From NCBI GenBank assembly GCA_964016885.1, contig OZ024741.1, positions 18,476,001 to 18,540,000 of the forward strand: a stretch of 64,000 nucleotides of DNA. Reading direction: 5' to 3'. Positions within the stretch are counted from its first letter, which is position 1. Each line of letters opens with the position of its first letter. Source of the DNA: Eledone cirrhosa (Eukaryota). A program made the position numbers and the translations under genes. Below the pieces are notes generated by a model. That model made no database searches. It saw nothing but the letters and a program-made list of their open reading frames with translations, and had not been told where the DNA came from. This document shows, piece after piece, positions 36,001-51,000 of the stretch.

Positions 36001-39000
36001 CAGTATGTGTGTGTGTCTGAATCAGTATGTGTGTGTGTCTGTATCAGTATGTGTGTGTGTGTCTGTATCAGTATGTGTGTCTGTGTCTGTATCAGTATGT
36101 GTGTGTGTCTGTATCAGTATATGTGTGTGTCTCTGTATCAGTATGTGTGTGTGTGTCTGTATCAGTATGTGTGTGTGTCTGTATCAGTATGTGTGTGCAT
36201 GTCTGTATCAGTATGTGTGTGTGTCTGTATCAGTATGTGTGTGTGTCTGTATCATTATGTGTGTGTGTGTCTGTATCAGTATGTGTGTGTGTGTCTGTAT
36301 CAGTATGTGTGTGTGTGGCTGTATCAGTATGTGTGTGTGTCTGTATCAGTATGTGTGTGTGTCTGTATCAGTATGTGTGTGTGTTTGTATCAGTATGTGG
36401 GTGTGTGTGTGTTTGTATCAGTATGTGGGTGTGTGTCTGTATCAGTATGTGTGTGTGTCTGTATCAGTATGTGTGTGTGTGTCTGTATCAGTATGTGTGT
36501 GTGTGTGTCTGTATCAGTGTGTGTGTGTCTGTATCAGTATGTGTGTGTGTGTCTGTATCAGTATGTGTGTGCATGTCTGTATCAGTATGTGTGTGTGTGT
36601 CTGTATCAGTGTGTGTGTGTCTGTATCAGTATGTGTGTGTGTGTCTGTATCAGTATGTGTGTGTGTGTCTGTATCAGTATGTGTGTGCATGTCTGTATCA
36701 GTATGTGTGTGTGACTGTATCAGTATGTGTGTGTGTGTCTGTATCAGTATGTGTGTGTGTCTGTATCAGTATGTGTGTGTGTATCTGTATCAGTATGTGT
36801 GTGTGTGTCTGTATCAGTATGTGTGCATGTCTGTATCAGTATGTGTGTGTGTCTGTATCAGTATGTGTGTGTGTCTGTATCAGTATGTGTCTGTGGCTGT
36901 ATCAGTATGTGTGTGTGTGTCTAATTCAGTATGTGTGTGCATGTCTGTATCAGTATGTGTGTGTGTGTCTGTATCAGTATGTGTGCGTGTGTCTGTATCA
37001 GTATGTGTGTGTGTGTCTGTATCAGTATGTGTGTGTGTCTGTATCAGTATGTGTGTGCATGTCTGTATCAGTATGTGTGTGTGTCTGTATCAGTATGTGT
37101 GTGTGTGTTGTATCAGTATGTGTGTGTGTCTATATCAGTATGTGTGTGGGTGTCTGTATCAGTATGTGTGTGTGTCTGTATCAGTATGTGTGTGTGTGTG
37201 TCTGTATCAGTATGTGTGTGTGTGTCTGTATCAGTATGTGTGTATGTCTGTATCAGTATGTGTGTGTGTGTCTGTATCAGTATGTGTGTGTGTGTCTGTA
37301 TCAGTATGTGTGTGTCTGTCTGTATCAGTATGTGTGTGTGTGTCTGTATCAGTATGTGTGTGTGTCTGTATCAGTATGTGTGTGTGTGTCTGTATCAGTA
37401 TGTTTGTGTGTGTCTGTATCAGTATGTGTGTGTGTCTGTATCAGTATGTGTGTGTGTGTCAGTATCAGTATGTGTGTGTGTCTGTATCAGTATGTGTGTG
37501 TGTCTGTATCAGTATGTGTGCGTGTGTCAGTATCAGTATGTGTGTGTGTCTGTATCAGTATGTGTGTGTGTCTGTATCAGTATGTGTGTGTGTCTGTATC
37601 AGTATGTGTGTGCATGTCTGTATCAGTATGTGTGTGTGTCTGTATCAGCATGTGTGTGTGCGTCTGTATCAGTATGTGTGTGTCTGTATCAGTATGTGTG
37701 TGTGTCTGTATCAGTATGTGTGTGTGTGTCTGTGTCAGTATGTGTGTGTGTGTCTGTATCAGTATGTGTGCATGTCTGTATCAGTACGTGTGTGTGTCTG
37801 TATCAGTATGTGTGTGTGTGTCTGTATCAGTACGTGTGTGTGTCTCTGTATCAGTATGTGTGTGTGTGTCTGTATCAGTATGTGTGTGTGTCAGTATCAG
37901 TATGTGTGTGTGTGTCTATATCAGTATGTGTGTGTCTGTATCAGTATATGTGTGTGTCTGTATCAGTATGTGTGTGTCTGTCTGTATCAGTATGTGTGTG
38001 TGTGTATGTATCAGTATGTGTGTGTGTGTCTGTATCAGTATGTGTGTGTGTGTCTGTATCAGTATATGTGCATGTCTGTATCAGTATGTGTGTGTGTCTG
38101 TATCAGTATGTGTGTGTGTGTCGGTATCAGTATGTGTGTGTGCCTGTATCAGTATGTGTGTGGGTGTCTGTATCAGTATGTGTGTGTGTCTGTATCAGTA
38201 TGTGTGTGTGTCTGTATCAGTATGTGTGTGTGCATGTCTGTATCAGTATGTGTGTGTGTCTGTATCAGTATGTGTGTGTGTGTCTGTATCAGTATGTGTG
38301 TGTGTGTCTGTATCAGTATGTGTGTGTGTCTGAATCAGTATGTGTGTGTGTCTGTATCAGTATGTGTGTGTGTGTCTGTATCAGTATGTGTGTGTGTGTC
38401 TGTATCAGTATGTGTGTGTGTCTGTATCAGTATATGTGTGTGTCTCTGTATCAGTATGTGTGTGTGTGTCTGTATCAGTATGTGTGTGTGTCTGTATCAG
38501 TATGTGTGTGCATGTCTGTATCAGTATGTGTGTGTGTCTGTATCAGTATGTGTGTGTGTCTGTATCATTATGTGTGTGTGTGTCTGTATCAGTATGTGTG
38601 TGTGTGTCTGTATCAGTATGTGTGTGTGTGGCTGTATCAGTATGTGTGTGTGTCTGTATCAGTATGTGTGTGTGTCTGTATCAGTATGTGTGTGTGTTTG
38701 TATCAGTATGTGGGTGTGTGTGTGTTTGTATCAGTATGTGGGTGTGTGTCTGTATCAGTATGTGTGTGTGTCTGTATCAGTATGTGTGTGTGTGTCTGTA
38801 TCAGTATGTGTGTGTGTGTGTCTGTATCAGTATGTGTGTGTGTGTCTGTATCAGTATGTGTGTGCATGTCTGTATCAGTATGTGTGTGTGTGTCTGTATC
38901 AGTGTGTGTGTGTCTGTATCAGTATGTGTGTGTGTGTCTGTATCAGTATGTGTGTGCATGTCTGTATCAGTATGTGTGTGTGTGTCTGTATCAGTGTGTG

Positions 39001-42000
39001 TGTGTCTGTATCAGTATGTGTGTGTGTGTCTGTATCAGTATGTGTGTGTGTGTCTGTATCAGTATGTGTGTGCATGTCTGTATCAGTATGTGTGTGTGAC
39101 TGTATCAGTATGTGTGTGTGTGTCTGTATCAGTATGTGTGTGTGTCTGTATCAGTATGTGTGTGTGTATCTGTATCAGTATGTGTGTGTGTGTCTGTATC
39201 AGTATGTGTGCATGTCTGTATCAGTATGTGTGTGTGTCTGTATCAGTATGTGTGTGTGTCTGTATCAGTATGTGTCTGTGGCTGTATCAGTATGTGTGTG
39301 TGTGTCTAATTCAGTATGTGTGTGCATGTCTGTATCAGTATGTGTGTGTGTGTCTGTATCAGTATGTGTGTGTGTCTGTATCAGTATGTGTGTGCATGTC
39401 TGTATCAGTATGTGTGTGTGTCTGTATCAGTATGTGTGTGTGTCTGTATCATTATGTGTGTGTGTGTCTGTATCAGTATGTGTGTGTGTGGCTGTATCAG
39501 TATGTGTGTGTGTCTGTATCAGTATGTGTGTGTGTCTGTATCAGTATGTGTGTGTGTTTGTATCAGTATGTGGGTGTGTGTGTGTTTGTATCAGTATGTG
39601 GGTGTGTGTCTGTATCAGTATGTGTGTGTGTCTGTATCAGTATGTGTGTGTGTGTCTGTATCAGTATGTGTGTGTGTGTGTCTGTATCAGTATGTGTGTG
39701 TGTGTCTGTATCAGTATGTGTGTGCATGTCTGTATCAGTATGTGTGTGTGTGTCTGTATCAGTGTGTGTGTGTCTGTATCAGTATGTGTGTGTGTGTCTG
39801 TATCAGTATGTGTGTGCATGTCTGTATCAGTATGTGTGTGTGTGTCTGTATCAGTGTGTGTGTGTCTGTATCAGTATGTGTGTGTGTGTCTGTATCAGTA
39901 TGTGTGTGTGTGTCTGTATCAGTATGTGTGTGCATGTCTGTATCAGTATGTGTGTGTGACTGTATCAGTATGTGTGTGTGTGTCTGTATCAGTATGTGTG
40001 TGTGTCTGTATCAGTATGTGTGTGTGTATCTGTATCAGTATGTGTGTGTGTGTCTGTATCAGTATGTGTGCATGTCTGTATCAGTATGTGTGTGTGTCTG
40101 TATCAGTATGTGTGTGTGTCTGTATCAGTATGTGTCTGTGGCTGTATCAGTATGTGTGTGTGTGTCTAATTCAGTATGTGTGTGCATGTCTGTATCAGTA
40201 TGTGTGTGTGTGTCTGTATCAGTATGTGTGCGTGTGTCTGTATCAGTATGTGTGTGTGTGTCTGTATCAGTATGTGTGTGTGTCTGTATCAGTATGTGTG
40301 TGCATGTCTGTATCAGTATGTGTGTGTGTCTGTATCAGTATGTGTGTGTGTGTTGTATCAGTATGTGTGTGTGTCTATATCAGTATGTGTGTGGGTGTCT
40401 GTATCAGTATGTGTGTGTGTCTGTATCAGTATGTGTGTGTGTGTGTCTGTATCAGTATGTGTGTGTGTGTCTGTATCAGTATGTGTGTATGTCTGTATCA
40501 GTATGTGTGTGTGTGTCTGTATCAGTATGTGTGTGTGTGTCTGTATCAGTATGTGTGTGTCTGTCTGTATCAGTATGTGTGTGTGTGTCTGTATCAGTAT
40601 GTGTGTGTGTCTGTATCAGTATGTGTGTGTGTGTCTGTATCAGTATGTTTGTGTGTGTCTGTATCAGTATGTGTGTGTGTCTGTATCAGTATGTGTGTGT
40701 GTGTCAGTATCAGAATGTGTGTGTGTCTGTATCAGTATGTGTGTGTGTCTGTATCAGTATGTGTGCGTGTGTCAGTATCAGTATGTGTGTGTGTCTGTAT
40801 CAGTATGTGTGTGTGTCTGTATCAGTATGTGTGTGTGTCTGTATCAGTATGTGTGTGCATGTCTGTATCAGTATGTGTGTGTGTCTGTATCAGTATGTGT
40901 GTGTGCGTCTGTATCAGTATGTGTGTGTCTGTATCAGTATGTGTGTGTGTCTGTATCAGTATGTGTGTGTGTGTCTGTGTCAGTATGTGTGTGTGTGTCT
41001 GTATCAGTATGTGTGCATGTCTGTATCAGTACGTGTGTGTGTCTGTATCAGTATGTGTGTGTGTGTCTGTATCAGTATGTGTGTGTGTGTCTGTATCAGT
41101 ATGTGTGCATGTCTGTATCAGTATGTGTGTGTGTCTGTATCAGTATGTGTGTGTGTGTCTGTATCAGTATGTGTGTGTGTGTCTGTATCAGTATGTGTGT
41201 CTGTATCAGTATGTGTGTGTGTGTTGTATCAGTATGTGTGTGTGTGTCTGTATCAGTATGTGTGTGTGTGTCTGTATCAGTATGTGTGTGTGTCTGTATC
41301 AGTACGTGTGTGTGTCTGTATCAGTATGTGTGTGTGTGTCTGTATCAGCATGTGTGTGTGTGTCTGTATCAGTATGTGTGTGTGTGTCTGTATCAGTATG
41401 TGTGTGTGTGTCTGTATCAGTATGTGTCTGTGTCTGTATCAGTATGTGTGTGTGTATCAGTATGTGTGTGTGTGTGTCTGTATCAGTATGTGTGTGTGTC
41501 TGTATCGGAATGTGTGTGTGTCTCTATCAGTATGTATGTGTGTCTGTATCAGTATGTGTGTGTGTCTGTATCAGTATGTGTGTGTGTGTGTCTGTATCAG
41601 TATATGTGTGTGTGTCTGTATCAGTATATGTGTGTGTGTCTGTATCAGTATGTGTGTGTGTCTGTATCAGTATGTGTGCGTGTATGTATCAGTATGTGTG
41701 TGTGTGTCTGTATCAGTATGTGTGTGTGTCTGTATCAGTATGTGTGTGGGTGTCTGTATCAGTATGTGTGTGTGCCTGAATAAGTATGTGTGCGTGTCTG
41801 TATCAGTATGTGTGTGTGTGTCTGTATCAGTATGCGTGTGTGTGTCTGTATCAGTATGTGTGTGTGTCTGTATCAGTATGTGTGTGTCTCTTTATCAGTA
41901 TGTGTGTGTGTGTCTGTATCAGTATGTGTGTGTGTGTCTGTATCAGTATGTGCGTGTGTGTCTGTATCAGTATGTGTGTGCATGTCTGTATCAGTATGTG

Positions 42001-45000
42001 TGTGTTTCTGTATCAGTATGTGTGAGTGTCTGTATTAGTATGTGTGTGTGTCTGTATCAGTATGTGTGTGTGTCACTATCAGTATGTGTGTGTGTGTCTG
42101 TATCAGTATGTGTGTATGTCTGTATCAGTATGTGTGTGCATGTCTGTATCAGTATGTGTGTGTGTCTGTATCAGTATGTGTGTGTGTCTGTATCAGTATG
42201 TGTGTGTGTGTCTGTATCAGTATGTGTGTGTGTGTCTGTATCAGTATGTGTGTGTGTGTCTGTATCAGTATGTGTGTGTGTGTGTCTGTATCAGTATGTG
42301 TTTGTGTCTGTATCAGTATGTGTGTGTGTGTGTCTGTATCAGTATGTGTGTGTGTCTGTATCAGTATGTGTGTCTGTATCAGTATGTGTGTGTCTGTATT
42401 AGTATGTGTGTGTGTCTGTATCAGTATGTGTGTGTGTGTCTGTATCAGTATGTGTGTGCATGTCTGTATCAGTATGTGTGTGTGTCTGTATCAGTATGTG
42501 TGTGTGTGTCTGTATCAGTATGTGTGTGTGTCTGTATCAGTATGTGTGTGTGTGTCTGTATCAGTATGTGTGTGTGTTTGTATCAGTATGTGGGTGTGTG
42601 TGTGTTTGTATCCGTATGTGGGTGTGTGTCTGTATCAGTATGTGTGTGTGTGTCTGTATCAGTATGTGTGTGCATGTCTGTATCAGTATGTGTGTGTGTG
42701 TCTGTATCAGTGTGTGTGTGTCTATATAAGTATGTGTGTGTGTGTCTGTATCAGTATGTGTGTGCATGTCTGTATCAGTATGTGTGTGTGTGTCTGTATC
42801 AGTGTGTGTGTGTCTGTATCAGTATGTGTGTGTGTGTCTGTATCAGTATGTGTGTGTGTGTCTGTATCAGTATGTGTGTGTGTGTCTGTATCAGTATGTG
42901 TGTGCATGTCTGTATCACTATGTGTGTGTGTCTGTATCAGTATGTGTGTGTGTGTCTGTATCAGTATGTGTGTGTGTCTGTATCAGTATGTGTGTGTGTG
43001 TCTGTATCAGTATGTGTGTGTGTGTCTGTATCAGTATGTGCGCATGTCTGTATCAGTATGTGTGTGTGTCTGTATCAGTATGTGTGTGTGTCTGTATCAG
43101 TATGTGTCTGTGGCTGTATCAGTATGTGTGTGTGTGTGTCTGTATCAGTATGTGTGAGTGTCTGTATCAGTATGTGAGTGCATGTCTGTATCAGTATGTG
43201 TGTGTGTGTCTGTATCAGTATGTGCGTATGTGTCTGTATCACTATGTGTGTGTGTCTGTATCAGTATGTGTGTGTGTGTCTGTATCAGTATGTGTGTGGG
43301 TGTCTGTATCAGTATGTGTGTGTTTCTGTATCAGTATGTGTGGGTGTCTGTATCAGTATGTGTGGGTGTCTGTATCAGTATGTGTGTGTCTGTATCAGTA
43401 TGTGTGTGTGTGTCTGTATCAGTATGTGTGTGTGTGTTGTATCAGTATGTGTGTGTGTCTGTATCAGTATGTGTGTGGGTGTCTGTATCAGTATATGTGT
43501 GTGTGTCTGTATCAGTATGTGTGTGTGTCTGTATCAGTATGTGTGTGTGTCTGTATCAGTATGTGTGTGGGTGTCTGTATCAGTATGTGTGTGCATGTCT
43601 GGATCAGTATGTGTGTGTGTGTTGTATCAGTATGTGTGTGTGTCTGTATCAGTATGTGTGTGGGTGTCTGTATCAGTATGTGTGCGTGTCTGTATCAGTA
43701 TGTGTGTGTGTGTCTGTATCAGTATGTGTGTGTGTGTCTGTACCAGTATGTGTGTGTGTGTCTGTATCAGTATTTGTGTGTGTGTCTGTATCAGTATGTG
43801 TGTGTGTCTGTATCAGTATGTGTGAGTGTGTCTGTATCAGTATGTGTGTGTGTGTATGTATCAGTATGTGTGTGTGTGTCTGTATCAGTATGTGTGTGTG
43901 TGTCTGTATCAGTATGTGTGTGTGTCTGTATCAGTATGTGTGTGTGTGTCTATATCAGTATGTGTGTGTCTGTATCAGTATATGTGTGTGTCTGTATCAG
44001 TATGTGTGTGTGTGTCTGTATCAGTATGTGTGTCTGTATCAGTATATGTGCATGTCTGTATCAGTATGTGTGTGTGTCTGTATCAGTATGTGTGTGTGTG
44101 TCGGTATCAGTATGTGTGTGTGCCTGTATCAGTATGTGTGTGGGTGTCTGTATCAGTATGTGTGTGTGTCTGTATCAGTATGTGTGTGTGTCTGTATCAG
44201 TATGTGTGTGTGCATGTCTGTATCAGTATGTGTGTGTGTCTGTATCAGTATGTGTGTGTGTGTCTGTATCAGTATGTGTGTGTGTGTCTGTATCAGTATG
44301 TGTGTGTGTGTTGTATCAGTATGTGTGTGTGTGTCTGTATCAGTATGTGTGTGTGTGTCTGTATCAGTATGTGTGTGTGTCTGTATCAGTACGTGTGTGT
44401 GTCTGTATCAGTATGTGTGTGTGTGTCTGTATCAGCATGTGTGTGTGTGTCTGTATCAGTATGTGTGTGTGTGTCTGTATCAGTATGTGTGTGTGTGTCT
44501 GTATCAGTATGTGTCTGTGTCTGTATCAGTATGTGTGTGTGTATCAGTATGTGTGTGTGTGTGTCTGTATCAGTATGTGTGTGTGTCTGTATCAGTATGT
44601 GTGTGTGTCTGTATCAGTATATGTGTGTGTGTCTGTATCAGTATATGTGTGTGTGTCTGTATCAGTATGTGTGTGTGTCTGTATCAGTATGTGTGCGTGT
44701 ATGTATCAGTATGTGTGTGTGTGTCTGTATCAGTATGTGTGTGTGTCTGTATCAGTATGTGTGTGGGTGTCTGTATCGGTATGTGTGTGTGCCTGAATAA
44801 GTATGTGTGCGTGTCTGTATCAGTATGTGTGTGTGTGTCTGTATCAGTATGCGTGTGTGTGTCTGTATCAGTATGTGTGTGTGTCTGTATCAGTATGTGT
44901 GTGTCTCTTTATCAGTATGTGTGTGTGTGTCTGTATCAGTATGTGTGTGTGTCTGTATCAGTATGTGTGTGTGTGTCTGTATCAGTATGTGTGTGTGTCT

Positions 45001-48000
45001 GTATCAGTATGTGTGTGTGTGTCTGTATCAGTATGTGTGTGCATGTCTGTATCAGTATGTGTGTGTTTCTGTATCAGTATGTGTGAGTTTCTGTATTAGT
45101 ATGTGTGTGTGTCTGTATCAGTATGTGTGTGTGTCTGTATCAGTATGTGTGTGTGTGTCTGTATCAGTATGTGTGTGCATGTCTGTATCAGTATGTGTGT
45201 GTGTCTGTATCAGTATGTGTGTGTGTGTCTGTATCAGTATGTGTGTGTGTCTGTATCAGTATGTGTGTGTGTGTCTGTATCAGTATGTGTGTGTGTCTGT
45301 ATCAGTATGTGTGTGTGTCTGTATCAGTATGTGTGCCTGTATCAGTATGTGTGTGTCTGTATTAGTATGTGTGTGTGTCTGTATCAGTATGTGTGTGTGT
45401 GTCTGTATCAGTATGTGTGTGCATGTCTGTATCAGTATGTGTGTGTGTCTGTATCAGTATGTGTGTGTGTGTCTGTATCAGTATGTGTGTGTGTCTGTAT
45501 CAGTATGTGTGTGTATGTCTGTATCAGTATGTGTGTGTGTTAGTATCAGTATGTGGGTGTGTGTGTGTTTGTATCAGTATGTGGGTGTGTGTCTGTATCA
45601 GTATGTGTGTGTGTGTCTGTATCAGTATGTGTGTGCATGTCTGTATCAGTATGTGTGTGTATGTCTGTATCAGTGTGTGTGTGTCTGTATCAGTATGTGT
45701 GTGTGTGTCTGTATCAGTATGTGTGTGCATGTCTGTATCAGTATGTGTGTGTGTGTCTGTGTCAGTGTGTGTGTGTCTGTATCAGTATGTGTGTGTGTGT
45801 CTGTATCAGTATGTGTGTGTGTGTCTGTATCAGTATGTGTGTGCATGTCTGTATCACTATGTGTGTGTGTCTGTATCAGTATGTGTGTGGGTGTCTGTAT
45901 CAGTATGTGTGTGTGTGTTGTATCAGTATGTGTGTGTGTGTCTGTATCAGTATGTGTGTGGGTGTCTGTATCAGTATGTGTGTGTGTCTGTATCAGTATG
46001 TGTGTGTGTGTCTGTATCAGTATGTGTGTGTGTGTCTGTATCAGTATGTGTGTATGTCTGTATCAGTATGTGTGTGTGTGTCTGTATCAGTATGTGTGTG
46101 CATGTCTGTATCAGTATGTGTGTGTGTCTGTATCAGTATGTGTGTGTGTCTGTATCAGTATGTGTGTGTGTGTCAGTATCAGTATGTGTGTGTGTATGTA
46201 TCAGTATGTGTGTGTGTCTGTATCAGTATGTGTGTGTGTCTGTATCAGTATGTGTGCATGTCTGTATCAGTATGTGTGTGTGTCTTTATCAGTATGTGTG
46301 TGTGTCTGTATCAGTATGTGTGTGTGTGTCTGTATCAGTATGTATGTGTGTCTGTATCAGTATATGTGTGTGTGTCTGTATCAGTATGTGTGTGTGTCTG
46401 TATCAGTATGTGTGTGTGTGTCTGTTACAGTATGTGTGTGTGTCTGTATCAGTATGTGTTTGTGTGTCTGTATCAGTATGTGTGTGTGTCTGTATCAGTA
46501 TGTGTGTGCGTGTCTGTATCAGTATGTGTGTGTGTGTGTGTGTGTGTGTGTCTGTATCAGTATCTGTTTGTGTCTGTAACAGTATGTGTGTGTGTCTGTA
46601 TCAGTATGTGTGTGTGTGTGTGTGTGTGTATCAGTATGTATGTGTGTCTGTATCAGTATATGTGTGTGTGTCTGTATCAGTATGTGTGTGTGTCTGTATC
46701 AGTATGTGTGTGTGTGTCTGTATCAGTATGTGTGTGTGTCTGTATCAGTATGTGTTTGTGTGTCTGTATCAGTATGTGTGTGTGTGTCTGTATCAGTATG
46801 TGTGTGCGTGTCTGTATCAGTATGTGTGTGTGTGTGTGTGTGTGTGTCTGTATCAGTATGTGTTTGTGTCTGTAACAGTATGTGTGCATATCTGTATCAG
46901 TATGTGTGTGTGTCTGTATCAGTATGTGTGTGTGTGTCTGTATCAGTATGTGTGTGTGTGTTTGTTTCAGTATGTGTGTGTGTGTCTGTATCAGTATGTG
47001 TGAGTGTCTGTATCAGTATGTGTGTGTGTGTCTGTATCAGTATGTGTGTGTGTCTGTATCAGTATGTGTGTGTGTCTGTATCAGTATGTGTGTGTGTGTC
47101 TGTATCAGTATGTGTGTGTCTGTATCAGTATGTGTGTGTGTGTCAGTATAAGTATGTGTGTGTGTCTGTATCAGTATGTGTGTGTGTCTGTATCAGTATG
47201 TGTGTGTGTGTCTGTATCTGTATGTGTGTGTGTCTGTATCAGTATGTGTGTGTGTGTCTGTATCAGTATGTGTGTGTGTCTCTATCAGTATGTGAGTGTG
47301 TCTGTATCAGTATGTGTGTGTGTGTCTGTATCAGTATGTGTGTGTGTCTATATCAGGATGTGTGTGTGTGTCTGTATCAGTATGTGTGTGTGTGTCTGTA
47401 TCAGTATGTGTGTGTGTGTCTGTATCAGTATGTGTGTGTGTCTCTATCAGTATGTGAGTGTGTCTGTATCAGTAAGTGTGTGTGTGTCTGTATCAGTATG
47501 TGTGTGTGTCTATATCAGGATGTGTGTGTGTGTCTGTATCAGTATGTGTGTGCATGTCTGTATCTGTATGTGTGTGTGTGTCTGTATCAGTGTGTGTGTG
47601 TCTGTATCAGTATGTGTGTGTGTGTCTGTATCAGTATGTGTGTGTGTGTCTGTATCAGTATGTGTGTGCATGTCTGTATCACTATGTGTGTGTGTCTGTA
47701 TCAGTATGTGTGTGTGTGTCTGTATCAGTATGTGTGTGTGTCTGTATCAGTATGTGTGTATGTGTCTGTATCAGTATGTGTGTGTGTGTCTGTATCAGTA
47801 TGTGTGCATGTCTGTATCAGTATGTGTGTGTGTCTGTATCAGTATGTGTGTGTGTCTGTATCAGTATGTGTCTGTGGCTGTATCAGTATGTGTGTGTGTG
47901 TGTCTGTATCAGTATGTGTGAGTGTCTGTATCAGTATGTGTGTGTGCATGTCTGTATCAGTATGTGTGTGTGTCTGTATCAGTATGTGTGTGTGTGTCTG

Positions 48001-51000
48001 TATCAGTATGTGTGTGTGTGTCTGTATCAGTATGTGTGTGTGTGTTGTATCAGTATGTGTGTGTGTGTCTGTATCAGTATGTGTGTGTGTGTCTGTATCA
48101 GTATGTGTGTGTGTCTGTATCAGTACGTGTGTGTGTCTGTATCAGTATGTGTGTGTGTGTCTGTATCAGCATGTGTGTGTGTGTCTGTATCAGTATGTGT
48201 GTGTGTGTCTGTATCAGTATGTGTGTGTGTGTCTGTATCAGTATGTGTCTGTGTCTGTATCAGTATGTGTGTGTGTATCAGTATCTGTGTGTGTGTGTCT
48301 GTATCAGTATGTGTGTGTGTCTGTATCAGTATGTGTGTGTGTCTGTATCAGTATATGTGTGTGTGTCTGTATCAGTATATGTGTGTGTGTCTGTATCAGT
48401 ATGTGTGTGTGTCTGTATCAGTATGTGTGCGTGTATGTATCAGTATGTGTGTGTGTGTCTGTATCAGTATGTGTGTGTGTCTGTATCAGTATGTGTGTGG
48501 GTGTCTGTATCGGTATGTGTGTGTGCCTGAATAAGTATGTGTGCGTGTCTGTATCAGTATGTGTGTGTGTGTCTGTATCAGTATGCGTGTGTGTGTCTGT
48601 ATCAGTATGTGTGTGTGTCTGTATCAGTATGTGTGTGTCTCTTTATCAGTATGTGTGTGTGTGTCTGTATCAGTATGTGTGTGTGTCTGTATCAGTATGT
48701 GTGTGTGTGTCTGTATCAGTATGTGTGTGTGTCTGTATCAGTATGTGTGTGTGTGTCTGTATCAGTATGTGTGTGCATGTCTGTATCAGTATGTGTGTGT
48801 TTCTGTATCAGTATGTGTGAGTTTCTGTATTAGTATGTGTGTGTGTCTGTATCAGTATGTGTGTGTGTCTGTATCAGTATGTGTGTGTGTGTCTGTATCA
48901 GTATGTGTGTGCATGTCTGTATCAGTATGTGTGTGTGTCTGTATCAGTATGTGTGTGTGTGTCTGTATCAGTATGTGTGTGTGTCTGTATCAGTATGTGT
49001 GTGTGTGTCTGTATCAGTATGTGTGTGTGTCTGTATCAGTATGTGTGTGTGTCTGTATCAGTATGTGTGCCTGTATCAGTATGTGTGTGTCTGTATTAGT
49101 ATGTGTGTGTGTCTGTATCAGTATGTGTGTGTGTGTCTGTATCAGTATGTGTGTGCATGTCTGTATCAGTATGTGTGTGTGTCTGTATCAGTATGTGTGT
49201 GTGTGTCTGTATCAGTATGTGTGTGTGTCTGTATCAGTATGTGTGTGTATGTCTGTATCAGTATGTGTGTGTGTTAGTATCAGTATGTGGGTGTGTGTGT
49301 GTTTGTATCAGTATGTGGGTGTGTGTCTGTATCAGTATGTGTGTGTGTGTCTGTATCAGTATGTGTGTGCATGTCTGTATCAGTATGTGTGTGTATGTCT
49401 GTATCAGTGTGTGTGTGTCTGTATCAGTATGTGTGTGTGTGTCTGTATCAGTATGTGTGTGCATGTCTGTATCAGTATGTGTGTGTGTGTCTGTGTCAGT
49501 GTGTGTGTGTCTGTATCAGTATGTGTGTGTGTGTCTGTATCAGTATGTGTGTGTGTGTCTGTATCAGTATGTGTGTGCATGTCTGTATCACTATGTGTGT
49601 GTGTCTGTATCAGTATGTGTGTGGGTGTCTGTATCAGTATGTGTGTGTGTGTTGTATCAGTATGTGTGTGTGTCTGTATCAGTATGTGTGTGGGTGTCTG
49701 TATCAGTATGTGTGTGTGTCTGTATCAGTATGTGTGTGTGTGTCTGTATCAGTATGTGTGTGTGTGTCTGTATCAGTATGTGTGTATGTCTGTATCAGTA
49801 TGTGTGTGTGTGTCTGTATCAGTATGTGTGTGCATGTCTGTATCAGTATGTGTGTGTGTCTGTATCAGTATGTGTGTGTGTCTGTATCAGTATGTGTGTG
49901 TGTGTCAGTATCAGTATGTGTGTGTGTATGTATCAGTATGTGTGTGTGTCTGTATCAGTATGTGTGTGTGTCTGTATCAGTATGTGTGCATGTCTGTATC
50001 AGTATGTGTGTGTGTCTTTATCAGTATGTGTGTGTGTCTGTATCAGTATGTGTGTGTGTGTCTGTATCAGTATGTATGTGTGTCTGTATCAGTATATGTG
50101 TGTGTGTCTGTATCAGTATGTGTGTGTGTCTGTATCAGTATGTGTGTGTGTGTCTGTTACAGTATGTGTGTGTGTCTGTATCAGTATGTGTTTGTGTGTC
50201 TGTATCAGTATGTGTGTGTGTCTGTATCAGTATGTGTGTGCGTGTCTGTATCAGTATGTGTGTGTGTGTGTGTGTGTGTGTCTGTATCAGTATCTGTTTG
50301 TGTCTGTAACAGTATGTGTGTGTGTCTGTATCAGTATGTGTGTGTGTGTGTGTGTGTGTATCAGTATGTATGTGTGTCTGTATCAGTATATGTGTGTGTG
50401 TCTGTATCAGTATGTGTGTGTGTCTGTATCAGTATGTGTGTGTGTGTCTGTATCAGTATGTGTGTGTGTCTGTATCAGTATGTGTTTGTGTGTCTGTATC
50501 AGTATGTGTGTGTGTGTCTGTATCAGTATGTGTGTGCGTGTCTGTATCAGTATGTGTGTGTGTGTGTGTGTGTGTGTCTGTATCAGTATGTGTTTGTGTC
50601 TGTAACAGTATGTGTGCATATCTGTATCAGTATGTGTGTGTGTCTGTATCAGTATGTGTGTGTGTGTCTGTATCAGTATGTGTGTGTGTGTTTGTTTCAG
50701 TATGTGTGTGTGTGTCTGTATCAGTATGTGTGAGTGTCTGTATCAGTATGTGTGTGTGTGTCTGTATCAGTATGTGTGTGTGTCTGTATCAGTATGTGTG
50801 TGTGTCTGTATCAGTATGTGTGTGTGTGTCTGTATCAGTATGTGTGTGTCTGTATCAGTATGTGTGTGTGTGTCAGTATAAGTATGTGTGTGTGTCTGTA
50901 TCAGTATGTGTGTGTGTCTGTATCAGTATGTGTGTGTGTGTCTGTATCTGTATGTGTGTGTGTCTGTATCAGTATGTGTGTGTGTGTCTGTATCAGTATG